A DNA stretch of 64,000 nt from Chrysomallon squamiferum. Taxonomy: Eukaryota > Animalia > Mollusca. Below the pieces are notes generated by a model that worked only from the letters and a program-made list of their open reading frames with translations, was not told the DNA's origin and ran no database searches. The position numbers were made by a program, and so were the translations under genes. Numbering within the stretch: position 1 is the stretch's first letter; every line of letters begins with the position of its first letter. Below are positions 40,784 through 53,988 of the stretch, piece after piece. The DNA lies in the NCBI GenBank assembly GCA_012295275.1, contig CM022665.1:124001-188000 (forward strand), written 5' to 3'.

Positions 40784-41851
40784 CTGTAATATGAAATTAA
40801 CAAAAACATTTTAAACTTAACATCAGTCCAGTGTGCGTGCACCTCCTTCCATGAAGACTCTTTACCAATGTAACATAATATCACTGACATTTTATAGCTG
40901 TAAGTATTTTTCATAAATTTTCTGTTCGATATCTTGAATTTGATAAAATATAAAATGTATTAAAATTAATACAAATTTATATGACTTGTCTTTCTTTCTT
41001 TATCGGAGAAAGTCACTGACTAGTTTACTTCATTCCTCAAGGAAACAATGGAGTCCTTTGATATGAATTAATCCTGTGCAAAATAATTAAATACACTGTG
41101 ATCTACCTTTTCAGGAAATATTTTAGTCCGTTGTTTGAAGTAGAAGTTTCGGTTAATCAAACAGAGAAAGTATAAACCAAAGAATAATACTAAAAATATG
41201 TATTACTGGTATTAGTAATTAATTAAATACTCTTGGAATGCTGATGCAAGTAAATAATGAAAATTAAAATATGAAAGTAACAACCGTTCATCAGTTTAAC
41301 AGAAACTACGTTGATTCATGATAACTGCAAAAGACATTCAGGAAATAATTACGTATCTAAAGCCCAGCATCCTTTGCTCTCCTGGAGAAATTTCTCTTCT
41401 GATGGAAATCCTAGAGACGTAGTTTCAGTAACGTAAATAAATATAAACATTTCTACCATTGTCAAGTATTACCAATGCCTTTATATGCCAGTAAAATGTA
41501 CTTACAACTTTTCAGTAATATAATCACTAAAACTAATACGAATGCTCATATTTGTTTTGGTTGATTTTCTTTCTTTACTTCAAGTTTTCACTTTGACAAA
41601 CTGATAAACATTTGTTGAGAAGACAATGAATACAACCGTATATGAGACTTAAAACTGCTGTTTTTAAAAGTCTTTGTGTTGTTAAGCAATGCATGTGTAA
41701 ACTGTTTCAACGAAAAGGTGAGAAAACCATTTTATACGAATGCTATACTTCTAAATGTTTTTTAGAACTTTGTCCATAACCTATTTTGTAACTACTCATA
41801 CATAGTCGTATTTTAATACGTAAAATCCAAACACAAAAACAAAAGACGTAC

Positions 41852-42017
41852 CATCAGATGATCTTTCAGAGGAGTCAGATAGCAAGTTCATCAGTGCAAA
41901 ATTTCTTTCTCTAATATGAAATTTAAAAAAATATATTTTAAACTTAACATCAGTGCAGTGTGCGTGCACCTCCTTCCATGAAGACTCTTTACCACTGTAA
42001 CATAATATCACTGACAT
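41852..42017 (-). CDS. Candidate first coding exon (chimeric type-A / MSD-donor exon)
   Basis: MSVILCYSGKESSWKEVHAHCTDVKFKIYFFKFHIRERNFALMNLLSDSSERSSD |gtacgt; acceptor cttacag about 7 nt upstream of the ATG; shares LLSDSSE with 40703-40783. Confidence 0.45.
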
Positions 42018-42239
42018 TTTATAGCTGTAAGTATGTTTCATAAATTTTCTGTTCGATATCTTGAATTTGATAAAATATAAAATATATTAAAATTAATACA
42101 AATTTATATGACTTGTCTTTCTTTCTTTATCGGTTAAAGTCACTGACAAGGTTACTCAATTCCACAAGGAGCCAACGAATTCTTTGATATGAATTAATCA
42201 TGTGCAAAATAATTCAATACACTGTGATCTAGCTTTCCA

Positions 42240-45171
42240 GGAAATATTTTAGTCGGTTGTTTGAAACAGAAGTTTCGGTTTCAGAAAAGAACGAAATAAC
42301 AAGGAAATATTTTATCATGTAAATCTAATAATTTTCAATGTTTGTCACAAAAGTTACTCTACAAACTATTCTGTAATATATTTTAAAAAAAGACAACAAA
42401 ACGTACGTTCCCAAAGTGTCTTTCAGTAACCGATAACGACTGTCTTGAGGTCTGTTTATTAATATCACTTACGTGACTACGACTACACTGTATTAAGTAC
42501 AAGTCCAAACCAATGATGACACGCACTGCGCATGTCCTTGTCTAACAGGAATGTGTTAGTTTATCAGTACAGTTCTGATTAATAATATCCGAGATCCTTT
42601 CGTCTTTTGTGAACAATACAAGTTTCGGTTTCAGAAAAGAAAGAAATAACACGGAAATATTTTATAATGTTAGCAACATAAATCTAATAATTTTAAATAT
42701 TAATTTTAGCACTTAGTCTATAAACTCCTAACTATTATCAAAAACGATATTCAAATAGTCTAGGGACAGAAATGGTTCTTTGCGACCGTCTGGTTGTCGT
42801 ATGTAACAAATACAAAACAATGTAGTTTTCTCCACTATCTGAATATAATAAAATGTGTTAAAACGTAATTATTATTTAAAAGACTGATCATGTTATTAAA
42901 CTCTTTAGCTAATTCAAGGTCTACGCGTATTTTACGTGAATGTTTGAATCGAATAAAATCGACGAGAGAAATTTTCATTATTAGCTGTGAACACTTACAC
43001 AGTGTAAACAAGTAAGTAATGTGAAAATCAGTTTCATACATTTAAAAAGTATAGATATAACTACAGACATAAATATTTATTTATGGACATAAACTGCTAG
43101 ATACAGAAAACTGTTATTAAAATGTTTATCAACTTACCTAAATTCTTAATCACATTATTTCTGTAAAGAACAGCTCGAACTCATAGATATATTAACAACA
43201 GACAACAAAACGTATCCGGGTCGTCATTAGGTCGTAACGATCACGTGACTCAACTTACGCGTACAAAGAAACATAAACATGGCGACTTTCCATTGAACCG
43301 CTGCTAAGGAAAAATCTCATAATCTAGGGAGCAAATATTATCTTATTTATTTATTTATTTATTTATATTTTGCTGAATACATTACATTTTATTCTAGTAC
43401 AATTTAACTAAATATTAATAGTATCACAAATAGGTATACTGTTTACATCATAAACTTTCTAGTGCGTTAATACAGATTTTCTGAATGTTGTTATTATAAT
43501 ATAATTCCATTTTTATTACTTTAACTCACTCTTGATAAATCTAGAAAGATTTTCTGGTAGAGAAACAAATATTTTTAATATTTTCATGTACATTATACTC
43601 AGTGGATTAATTTGCCACGTATAAAAAATAACGATGTAAAAATATAACATATATTTTCATTAGAGTAAGGTTACATTGAACTGCATTTCTATTACAGCTT
43701 TCTATTTCATGTTCTTTGAATACTCTTCATTTTAAACGGCGGTCAACATGGAATTTTTTGATTTTCTTGAACATTGTCCATAAAACCAGCTCTGACACGA
43801 ATAAAACTGATATAAATGGTAGCACAATAACTGATTCTGCTTAATATTCTCAATACACAGTGTGCACTTGATTAGACTCTGAACTGTTTATGTTGTGTTA
43901 CCTGCACTTAGAAAAATAACAGAAAAGCTTCGCTAGTTGCTATGAAACTTACAGAAATTTAAACAAGGAAGTAAGTTAAAATCGGTTTAATATGTTTGAT
44001 AAAATATCAGAATATTCAGTGACAAAAATATATGATTACTAGATGAACAACTGTTATTAAAATGTCTGTAATATTATCTAAATTCCTAATCACATTATTT
44101 CTGTAAAGAACAGTTCAGACACATCGATATTTCGTTTGATTTTCTCGAAAAATTATGTTCTCTGTTATCAAACATTACAGGAAGTAGTTTAGCCCGTTTT
44201 AAAAATAGAAGTTTCGTTTGCAAAAGAAAGAAACCACACACAAATATTCTATATTAGCAGCATAGATCTAAAATTATTTGATATTTGTCTTAAAACTTAC
44301 TCGATACATTTCTATCATTAAAAACAGTATTGAGGAAGGGTGTGGACACAAATCGGGTTTTTATTTATTTATTTATAATTTGTTCAATAGATTATATTTT
44401 ATTCTAGTAATGTTAACTAAATATTATTAACTTTGCAACTAGGTACATTGTTTAAACATTAATTTTTTTATAAACTTACCTAAATTCCTAGTAACATTAT
44501 TTCTGTAATGAACAGCTCTGTTTCTGTTATATTAGAAATAGACAACAAAATGTACGAGTTGTCTCTGTGTCGTAACGATCACGTGACTCAAACTGCGTTT
44601 ACAAAGTTCTATAAACTTGTAACCTTCAAGAAATAATCTCATAGGCTACAACCATTTTTTATTTTATTTATTTATTAGTTTGTTTGTTTGCTTGCGTGTT
44701 TCTTTGTTGCGTTGTTGTTTCTGCTGATTTAATTATAATTAATTTTCTTGAACACACTATATTTTATTCTAGTAAAAGTTATCTAGGTACATTGTTTACA
44801 CAACACTTTCTCGTATAGTAACTTCCTACGTCTTGTGACTTACTGAGACCAACTCAGATTTGAATAAACAGTTTTATTACTTTAACTCATTCTTCATAAA
44901 TCTAGAGAGATTTTCTGATACACAAATATTAATATTTGTAATAGATTCAACTATGTTATATTCAATAGACTAATATGCCACGTATAAAATATGTTAAACA
45001 GTATTATTTTTATTACAGTAAAATTAAATTGAACTTTATTTTTGTTACAGGTATTTTCTTCGAATACTCTTGCTATTAAACAGCGGTTAATTTGTAATCT
45101 TTGGACTTTCCTGTACATTGTCCTTAAAACCAATGGTTGCACAATAACAGCAACTGATTCTGTATAATATC
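42240..45171. repeat. Further copy of the 1-23.4 kb repeat family, 5' of the IAP gene
   Basis: 42390-43920 aligns by eye with about 10170-11710 and 21310-22850. Confidence 0.93.
42401..42540 (-). promoter_or_regulatory. Putative promoter and non-coding first exon of the IAP gene
   Basis: CpG-enriched patch with TGCGCATG (NRF1-like, 42527-42534), CCAAT, TTACGTGA and a minus-strand donor GTACGT (GTAAGT in the other four copies), directly upstream of the first candidate coding exon. Confidence 0.45.
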
Positions 45172-46210
45172 CTAAACAGACAGCGGGATGTATATACCAA
45201 CAGTACCCTGAAGTGCTCTATGCCAGCCCTCCATCAAGTAGTTTGTACTAGGTAGTCCTTGTACAACTCTGTCATGGATGAACCAAAGAGTGAAAACAAA
45301 CACCAGATCACTTCTCTGTCCTCGTCTGCCTGGTTGACCAATCAAAGTGTCTTCAAAATAGTTGAACAGACCGGTCATGTTATCCGGAATGTCATCCTGA
45401 ATGGTTTCAAAGACTTGAATAATGTTTTCAGCAGGTACAAAGGCTAAGGCCTCAGCTTCTTACACTTAAGACGTACCTGCTCATTATCACGATAGGCTTC
45501 AAGCAGATTCTCTCTCTGAATTTTTCTCCAAATACACTGGCCCAAAAGAAATAAGAACCCAGCAAGATGAACTTGTAGACAAAACACCTCTTGCACTGCG
45601 TTGTGAAAAGCCTTCTCAAAATCACACGTGACAGAAGTTGGTTGCATATTTTCTTTCATTGCATAAATAGCTTCAAAAGCTCTTCTATACACGGCCTGTG
45701 TTTTTCCTTGGAGGAAGATGTACAGCACTGGTAACACAGTCCCACTTTTCTTTGTACAAATTGTTGTTAACTGACAGAAGCAACAAGATGCAATTTTGAA
45801 AGTTCCATCAGCAAACCAGTCACCATTAGTAGCCAAGTATTCGAGATTTTTTTTTGTGTTCCAAAGATGAAGAATCTTTCAGGGTCATGTGCACCAGAGT
45901 CATGTAGCAGAAATTTGTCTCCTCTCATAGTTTTTTTTTTTTTTTCAGCATTTCTGGAATGTTAATTTCACTGACAGTTCTTGGAATTGGCACAGGTTCA
46001 CCATCCAACTTCCTTTTCCTCTCAATCATTCTTTCAATGGATGTATATTTTGGAAGTTGAGCAACAGCTTGCCGTTGCTGAATCAAAAGTCACGGTGTAT
46101 CTTGAGAAGTTGCAGATCTCTGCTGAATTGTAGACACTGCTTCACTTCAGTTTCCGCCACCTTTGGTACAATGACTGTGCACAGTAGCATCTCTGTTATG
46201 AACTCTACAA
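45172..46210 (-). mobile_element. Decayed Mutator/MULE (DDE) transposase fragment
   Basis: WFADGTFK...LPVLYIFLQGKTQAVYRRAF...CDFEKAFHNAVQEVF...GQCIWRKIQ and LPSTNYLMEGWHRAL are typical MULE motifs; broken by stops and frameshifts; the CxxH motif is degenerate; no TIR or TSD seen. Confidence 0.88.
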
Positions 46211-47099
46211 CTTAAACCAAAAAAGGAGTTTTATTAAAATGTAGCCAAAAATTAAAATAATACTTAAAAAAATACATAAATAATGCCCTGTTTATTTATT
46301 ATATATTTTGTGTAAATATTTATATTATTAAATTAAAAAAGAAATTAACAAAAACAAAAATAAAAAATGTATTAAGTGTGGATAATCTGTGGTTTCACGT
46401 TGAAGTTTCTTTCTGCTTCAATCTTCAACAGTTGAAAGACTGAGACATATGTGCCTAGAGTTTTGTTTGGAAGCAGCATGTAAACAAGTGTACATGATGC
46501 CATGGACTTCTGCATGAAGAGTGTAAAACCAATGTTTCATTTCACTGACTCTTCACACATGCCACAGTGTGACCTGATGAATTACCTCCTTTTTTTTTCT
46601 TAGTTCACCTGTCTGGTCACCATGGAGATTGTACCTGTCAGATATGGAACAACTACCTGCACAAGATATTCATAATCTTGAAATAATTTACAATTTATCA
46701 ATTCATAAAAAAAAAAAAAAAAAAATTATAAATTAAAGATTAAAGAAAAGAAAAAAGAAAAAATATTATATTGATAACAATATTAATACATGATAGGTTC
46801 TTTGATTTTGCTTCTAGAGCGAAATACTGCATCAGTATAAAACAGTTCATTCACTGAAGACAAGTTTGCATTTGTATGGTTATTAAAACAACATAATGAA
46901 AGCATTCAGTAATTTTACAAGGTAATTTTTAATCATGATTTTAAGTCATAAGCTTTTATATCATTTTATTTACATTGTTCAAAATTATAGTAAAAAAAAA
47001 AAATTTTAAATTATTTTTAATTAAAACATTAAAACTTTAATTCCTGATTAAATGATATATCATTCCCTCAAAGAGAGGTAATGCAGGGAACTATAATTA

Positions 47100-50000
47100 A
47101 TTTTGCTGCAGAATTACAAACACCATGACAACATTTCTAGGAAATCCACCAACATTTCCATTAATGAGGCCAGAGATCTTTCTGTGACATCTTTGAAAAG
47201 ACTAAAGAGGGTTTCCAGGGACATCCAAATTTTTTTTTAAAAATGAAGAAATTCATTTGCCTAACTTCTAAGTTCCTACAGATGAAAAAAAAAGAATTAA
47301 AATATTAAGAATAATAACAAATTCAGTAATAACATGGAAATATTTTAATGGGGAAACAGATTAGCTTCTCCAACATGAAATTAATTTAAACCATTTGAAA
47401 CCCTGTCTTGTTTGCTTGTTCCTCAGTCATGATTATTATTTTATTTCTAACCCCTCTCTACCCTCCCTATCCCCCAATATATAATATTATTGAAATATAT
47501 TAATTCAGCTTCTATAAATATTAAAAACAAATTTTTAAATAATTATCAGATTATTGAATTTTGTAGTCTGTTAAAATATTATTATTTTTAATATTTATTT
47601 ATTAGTTTGTTTGTTTGTTTATTATTTGAATATATTAATTTACACTTACTTTTTTCTTACATTTAAAAGATAACTGAAAGTTAAATAGTTGGCCTTGAGT
47701 GAGTGTGTGTTTTAGTATGCGTGTGAGTTCTTGTTTTATAACGAAAGCTACATTATTTTTATTTATTTTTTTATTTAATATTGAGTGATAATTAATAGCC
47801 TGACTTGAAATTAAAATTGAGGAGTAAATTGCAGATATATAATCATAAAGTTACAAAGGAAAAAAAAACAACAAAAGACAACACAACCTAAAAACCTCTC
47901 CAGTTTTATAAATACTTTAATCCAAGGAATCAAAGAACTTAAAAAAAGATAGCCATTGACACAGAAAGATTAAATATAAAAAGTATTGTAAGACTGGCAT
48001 TTCCAAAGAGGACAAACTGACCCAGGTTTATGGCAACAACACTAATGACCCTGAATAAACCATCGGTTACATTAAATAAATACAAATTGTAACAAACATA
48101 TTAGTTCTCGGTTTTCAATAAAATCAAAACTGGAATGAATTTCAAAGTTGAAGTTACAAACTTAAACCTTTTTAGCAGTAAACCAACTTATTTCAAACTT
48201 ACCATGGCAAAACTGTTGCCAGTCCATAATCTGCACCAGACCAGTGAACACTCTGGATTCAGCAATGTCTGACTGTGTACAGCTAAAACCTGCGAGAGAA
48301 AAAATCTCAAAGTAAGGGAAGTAATAATTACAACTTTACAATACTAATATTTGTAAAAAAAAAAAAAAAAAAAAAATCCGTATTTTAATTTTAAATACCA
48401 TATTTAAAAACATATTGCATAATGTGCAAATATAAATATTTAAATCATATCAATAAATACTGAATGTTAACTAAAAATTAAAAATTAATTCCTATCAGTA
48501 AGTATTAAATTAATAAACATTACCAAAAATTCAAATTTATGATTGTAATAAGAAATCTTACACTGAAAATGTATTCACAAATAAATAATGATTATATACT
48601 GAATACTTCTAAATGTTAAAAATATCATATCGTAGTCACAGTTGCCTATCTAAAACAATGGAAATCAAATATGAATATTCATTATTAAATATTAATCAGT
48701 TATAAAAAGGGAGTACAAGGGAGGACTTACAGGGTCTGGAGATTCACAAACTGCTAATGGCTGCCTATCTGTTCACCTTTCACTGGATTCATCATCATCA
48801 TCATCATCAACACTGTCTGTAACTTTAATCATTCTGTGATGCACACATTGTTGATGTTGCAGAACATAAAAACATGTTTGTAAATCTTCTCAAACAGCTC
48901 ACAGCACTACCTGCAGTGTAATGTTTATTTTTTTACTGTTAGTTAGAATAGTCTTTCTGTTTGTTTGTAATACCTAAACCATTTTCTCATTCAATAAATG
49001 TGTATCCTGAGAAAAACTAAAAATTTTAAAATATACTGATGCAATGTTACAATTACACACTTTCTGCTATCTCAGCTATTCCAATATCACTGCTAATACT
49101 GTTCTATAGTAGCAGCAGATGGGGACAGGACCATCAGAAAATGGCCTGCTGACAGCCTATAAATAGATTTCTGAGCATAAATCTTTTTTGATGATGTTCT
49201 GTAAACATTTCTATGTATCCTTGCTTTTGAAAATTTAATTTCTATTAAGTAATTAACCATAAGCATCTCCAATATTCTTGTGAAAAAAGTTTAAAATTTG
49301 CCTTACAAAGTCATCCAAGTAGGCTTAGCAGGTGAATGATTTTTTTAATAAAAATATAAGCAAATTGGTACATTTTTCAGCATCTGAAATTGCCATAACT
49401 CCTTCAATTTTCCAAGATATTTAAAAAAATGTCAATTTTGGGTCTCATGTTTTTAGATTCTTAAGGCTCTAACCAATGAAACAGAACATTTTCTGGTATA
49501 TTGGAACCAATTTTTTTTGTAACATACTTATAATCTTGTGCTTTAAATGAGTTTAAAGAAAACATTTTTTTATTTTATTTAATTTTTTTATATCAGATAC
49601 TAAAAAAAAAATAATAAATGCTTCTATTTCAACCTTCAGTTTTGATAACATTAGAACATGAAACTAAGTCATAAGTTTAATAAATTAAGATAGCTCAATT
49701 ACCCAAATCCCTGCCCATGACACAAACATCCTGTCCATGGATACCAAGTTCTCGGGGTAACCAGCTTTCACCTTTTTTTACCTGAAAACTGTCATAATCT
49801 GTAACAGACAGAAATACAATTTTATTATTCAGGTATTAATTAACTGGGTATTTTATAATATTAATTACTTGTACAAGACATGCTGCTTGTCTAGATTAAA
49901 AGATGTTAAAGTTGTCTCTTAAACCAGACTTGTATTCAGTAACTGTTAGGTTTTTTTACAGTTTAAAAAATAAATAATAATAATGTCAGTTTTCAAACCT

Positions 50001-51666
50001 TGACACACAACTGCAGATGGTACACAACTGATTCTAATATTCACATTCAATTCATACATATACTTCTTTTCCTACATTTTTGTTTACTTTCAAAACAATG
50101 CTTCATGGCAAAAAGTATAAATAAACCTAATGATTGTAATTATTACAAACATTTTAAAAACAAATATGTTGTTCAGCTTTATTCTGAAAACACAGACCAT
50201 GAAATATAATTTAGAACCTGAAAGTTTATAAATAAAAATGGTTTTAAATGTATTTTCTTTTCACTGTTACCAAGTAACACATCATCAAATAGTGATCAAG
50301 ATTAGAACTATTAATAAAGTTCCAGTGTCACTTCTTGGGATATAGAAATGTTCGAAACACATATTTAAATAATCAAAACTTTTATTTTTATCCCTTTCAA
50401 TGTAACATTCTTATTATTTTTTTAAATAAAATTTTTGTAGGGTTTATTTCAAGATTACCATTAAAAAATTAAAATAATAAAACATCAAAAGCAATAACCG
50501 TTTAATACATATCTGGTTCTCCTGTTTAAAACTGAAACAATAAAATAACATTTTGTTTAAAAGTGAAAAAATAAATAGAAATTTTGTTTAATATTTTAAA
50601 GGATATTGCTACTTTTGTATATAAAACATGTTACAGTTTGGTAAATGCTGCAAACTAATAGTATTAGTAGTATCATTAGAAAACTGATTATGGTATACAA
50701 TTTCTGTCAGTTCTGATTTCTTGTTTATTTATATATATGACACACTTACCTCACTGTCCAGGGAAACATGGTTATATTTTTTCACCCTGAAATGATTTTC
50801 TACCTGGAACACCAGGAGTTCCTGGAAAACCATTATCAGCAGGATGGCCATGAATGATGGTTCAGTTTAAATACAGGTGACATCATATCACCAGCAGCAA
50901 ATAAAAATAAAAATGTTGAAGAAAGATTTCCACTTTCAGCAACAACAGTCAGTTTCTGAAATACTGAACACAGAAAAAACTGAGATGTTTAAACTGAGAT
51001 ATATATATATATATAAATAAAAAACACAAACACATAGTATAAAATATGAAACATAATGTAGATGAACATTAAAAGGAAACATTTTAACAGCTGTGAAATA
51101 TTAATGATTAAACCTGAAAAAATAAAACATGGAAACGACTCAGTTGAATACCAGTATACCGTGTAACATAGAGTTACATTTAAAAAACTTGTTACAGTTA
51201 AAATGAAATATGAAAATTACAAATTTAAAATTGTATCATCTCAGCATTATGAAGAAATATGTAACAGCTAATGTCATAAAATATTAAAAGTTATCAAAAG
51301 ATGTAATTAGTTACATGTTCTGACTGAAATATTTAAACAGTTATAAAATAACAATTTATATTACAAAAACAGATTTCTTAACAGATAATATGCAGGATTT
51401 GAAATAGCCAGTCGCCAGGTTTCCAAATTTCCGTTTAAGGCGACTGGGATGTTAAAAATAATTATGGGTTAATCGCCCAAAAAATATTATTTTGGGTGAC
51501 CTCTTTTTTTCTACAAGTTATAACACAGTAGCCACTATTAATAATTTTATCGCAAATATTTATTTCATGTAAAAGGTTTGCTTATAGCTCGATAAGTTTG
51601 CTTACCTTTAATTTGCCAACATCTGAAATAAAGGCAGCGAACAATTCCAGCCGCTGTGAAATCCAT
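47100..51666 (-). pseudogene. Decayed multi-exon gene with collagen-like Gly-X-Y remnants
   Basis: NGFPGTPGVP at about 50804-50834; 49703-49781 reads KKGESWLPRELGIHGQD, with every third codon Gly or one change from Gly; GEK...FPGQ at 50750-50786; exon-like blocks with good splice signals at 51606-51666 (ATG...|gtaagc), 48731-48910 and 48203-48289. Confidence 0.45.
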
Positions 51667-52516
51667 GAACAGAAACTCCAGCGAACAGTTTATCGCACGT
51701 CAGTTCTTTCAAACAAATAGTTCGCAATTTCAATAATTGTTTATACTTCTAAGGTATAAAATATATTCATTTTATTATAAAATAAAGTATATGGGTTTCA
51801 GAACTATAGCAAAAATAAAATTTCAGATATATAATGCAATTTATTTAATAAATATGATGTTTGTTATATATTATTCCGCATCGGACATATTGTTCGGTAG
51901 CTCAGTAGATGCCTTTCAGGAAAATCAAATTTATAATATCTGTTTATTCTATTCTGAAAATTTAATAAACAAAAAAAAAAAAATAAAAATAAAAATAAAA
52001 TAAAATAATACATTCAGCGTATCAGATTCCAGTCGTTCCTTTTCAAGAATGGTTGTTAAAAGCAGTATGAACCAATGAACTTTTTAAAATAAAAATAGGA
52101 AAATCATTGTTTGCATGCATAATAGTACAGGTTTTAGAAAATGAATGCTTTTTTCATTTTTATTTTTTTTAAGGAAAAAAGAGCGAAACATTAATTTTAA
52201 CTAATTTTGTTTTAGTTTTTGTTCTAAAAGTGGTATCAAGCATTATAATGTAGGTATCAATGCAATCATTCAAATAACACGTGATCAATTTGCTTTTAAC
52301 ATTTATATCTACTAAATACGACCTTTAATGTATTTTCTCAAGTTTCGTTATCATTTTACAGTAACTGATTGTACCTCTCTCTTTGAATGAGTACATTCTG
52401 CACTGATTTAATTTTGATAAATGAAATGCATTTTGTTGTTTGATTATAAAGACAGGGTGTTTAGATTTCTCATACTGTAATTTTTATTTATTTATTTATT
52501 TTTGTGCATTTCACAT

Positions 52517-52588
52517 TAACCTGAGTAACAATCGGATACTGATTATTGCATCGGATGCCTTCTCAGGTCTGCATTCATTGAGGACTTT
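52517..52588 (+). pseudogene. Single 72-nt leucine-rich-repeat exon with mutated acceptor
   Basis: NLSNNRILIIASDAFSGLHSLRT(L) |gtaagt fits the LxLxxNxIxxIxxxAFxGLxxLxxL consensus; 72 nt and phase 2-2 as in one-LRR-per-exon genes; the acceptor position reads CAT, not CAG. Confidence 0.8.
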
Positions 52589-52805
52589 GTAAGTGATAAC
52601 CTATTTATTTATTTAAACTTCCTTCTTATTTAGTAAAAGCTAGTGTTACAGGAAATGTATGCATACATTTAAGAGTGTCATTTACTTGAAAACCTGATTA
52701 AATACAGATACTAAAATGTTTGTTTCAGACTTCTCAAAGTTTAATAATAAAATACACATATAAAAATGTTTGCAAAATTTGGAAAGTTTAATAAATAAAA
52801 TACAG

Positions 52806-53005
52806 NNNNNNNNNNNNNNNNNNNNNNNNNNNNNNNNNNNNNNNNNNNNNNNNNNNNNNNNNNNNNNNNNNNNNNNNNNNNNNNNNNNNNNNNNNNNNNN
52901 NNNNNNNNNNNNNNNNNNNNNNNNNNNNNNNNNNNNNNNNNNNNNNNNNNNNNNNNNNNNNNNNNNNNNNNNNNNNNNNNNNNNNNNNNNNNNNNNNNNN
53001 NNNNN
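52806..53005. other. Assembly gap (200 N)
   Basis: Run of exactly 200 N. Confidence 0.99.
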
Positions 53006-53925
53006 AGTCAATATTAATACGTAAAATCAAACATCAGACACTGAAGTAAAAGTAACAACAATTTATAGGTTAATTATTACACACTTGGATAAATATATTC
53101 GTTTGCAAATCATGTAGATAAGAATTATCTGTTCTGACTGTCACTGTGACACCTCTGTTTGCAATGTTGTAATGGAAATCAAAGTTAATTCTAGCGTAGT
53201 CTGACTGCGCGTTCTGCTAAATTGTAAACTACAAAGCTGTACTGAAAGTTTGTATGTTATTACTCATGTAAATGAAGCTTCTCATAAATATCAACAATTC
53301 AAAGGCGATATTCAGTCCTGACATTAAGCAGCTACATCCACATGTCACTGCTGAATTAAAAACACTGTAAGATATACATTTTCTATAAATTTCGAAAGAT
53401 GTGAATGTATAATTAAGGTAATTTTAGGTATCAGAGTTGACTTGAAAAGAAAATAGACAATGAAAAAGAAACCCTTAAGACTCCTCAAGTGAGACATCGT
53501 TCCAAAGCCCGATTTAGACAGTTGTGTTCTTCTTAAAAAGCTTAATTGCTGCTGAATTTACTGAGCTAGCAGTTTGATGTGATATCCTTCTGTTTATAAA
53601 TTACAACTTATCAAACAAAATTTTGTGTTCTTTCATTACATCTGAGAAATCTTTAAACTAGGCATATTAACTAAAGACAACCTTATGCTTTTTATAATTT
53701 TATATGTATACAAAGTTCAGATTGTCTTCTCTACTAAAAACATAGAATAAACTATAAACGAAAGCCAAATGCTAAACATATGCATTAATGGTGTTAATAA
53801 TTAATTTTGACTAATATATGCAAATAATTAGATTTCTGTTTAAAGACAACAAAGTGGCACCCATACACAAGAATGTAATTTGCTTTATCATAGCTAGAGA
53901 AGAAAGTTAACAAATAATTATGTAC

Positions 53926-53988
53926 CTGAATTAGACCTCTGTTCCGCTCTTTCTGATTTGGAAATGGCTGTCGACTGTAGTTGTACTT
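53926..53988 (-). CDS. Type-B 63-nt exon, copy 5
   Basis: aattacag| (E)VQLQSTAISKSERAEQRSNS |gtacat. Confidence 0.7.

Larger units (their letters stand above)
29831..42017 (-). pseudogene. IAP (BIR-BIR-RING, BIRC2/3/7-like architecture) gene with micro-exon-encoded N-terminus and acidic coding minisatellite; disrupted as assembled
   Basis: A phase-compatible exon chain can be read: 41852-42017, 40703-40783, 39095-39301, 37656-37718, 36935-37021, 33146-36141, 32168-32346, 31843-31921, 31413-31481, 30522-30596, 29831-30033. BIR and RING motifs are unmistakable. Lesions: 1-nt deletions near 35423 and 34995, TAA at 35103-35105, frameshift within 33640-33716, TAG at 32291-32293. Membership of the 5' exons is inferred. 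Confidence 0.85.
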
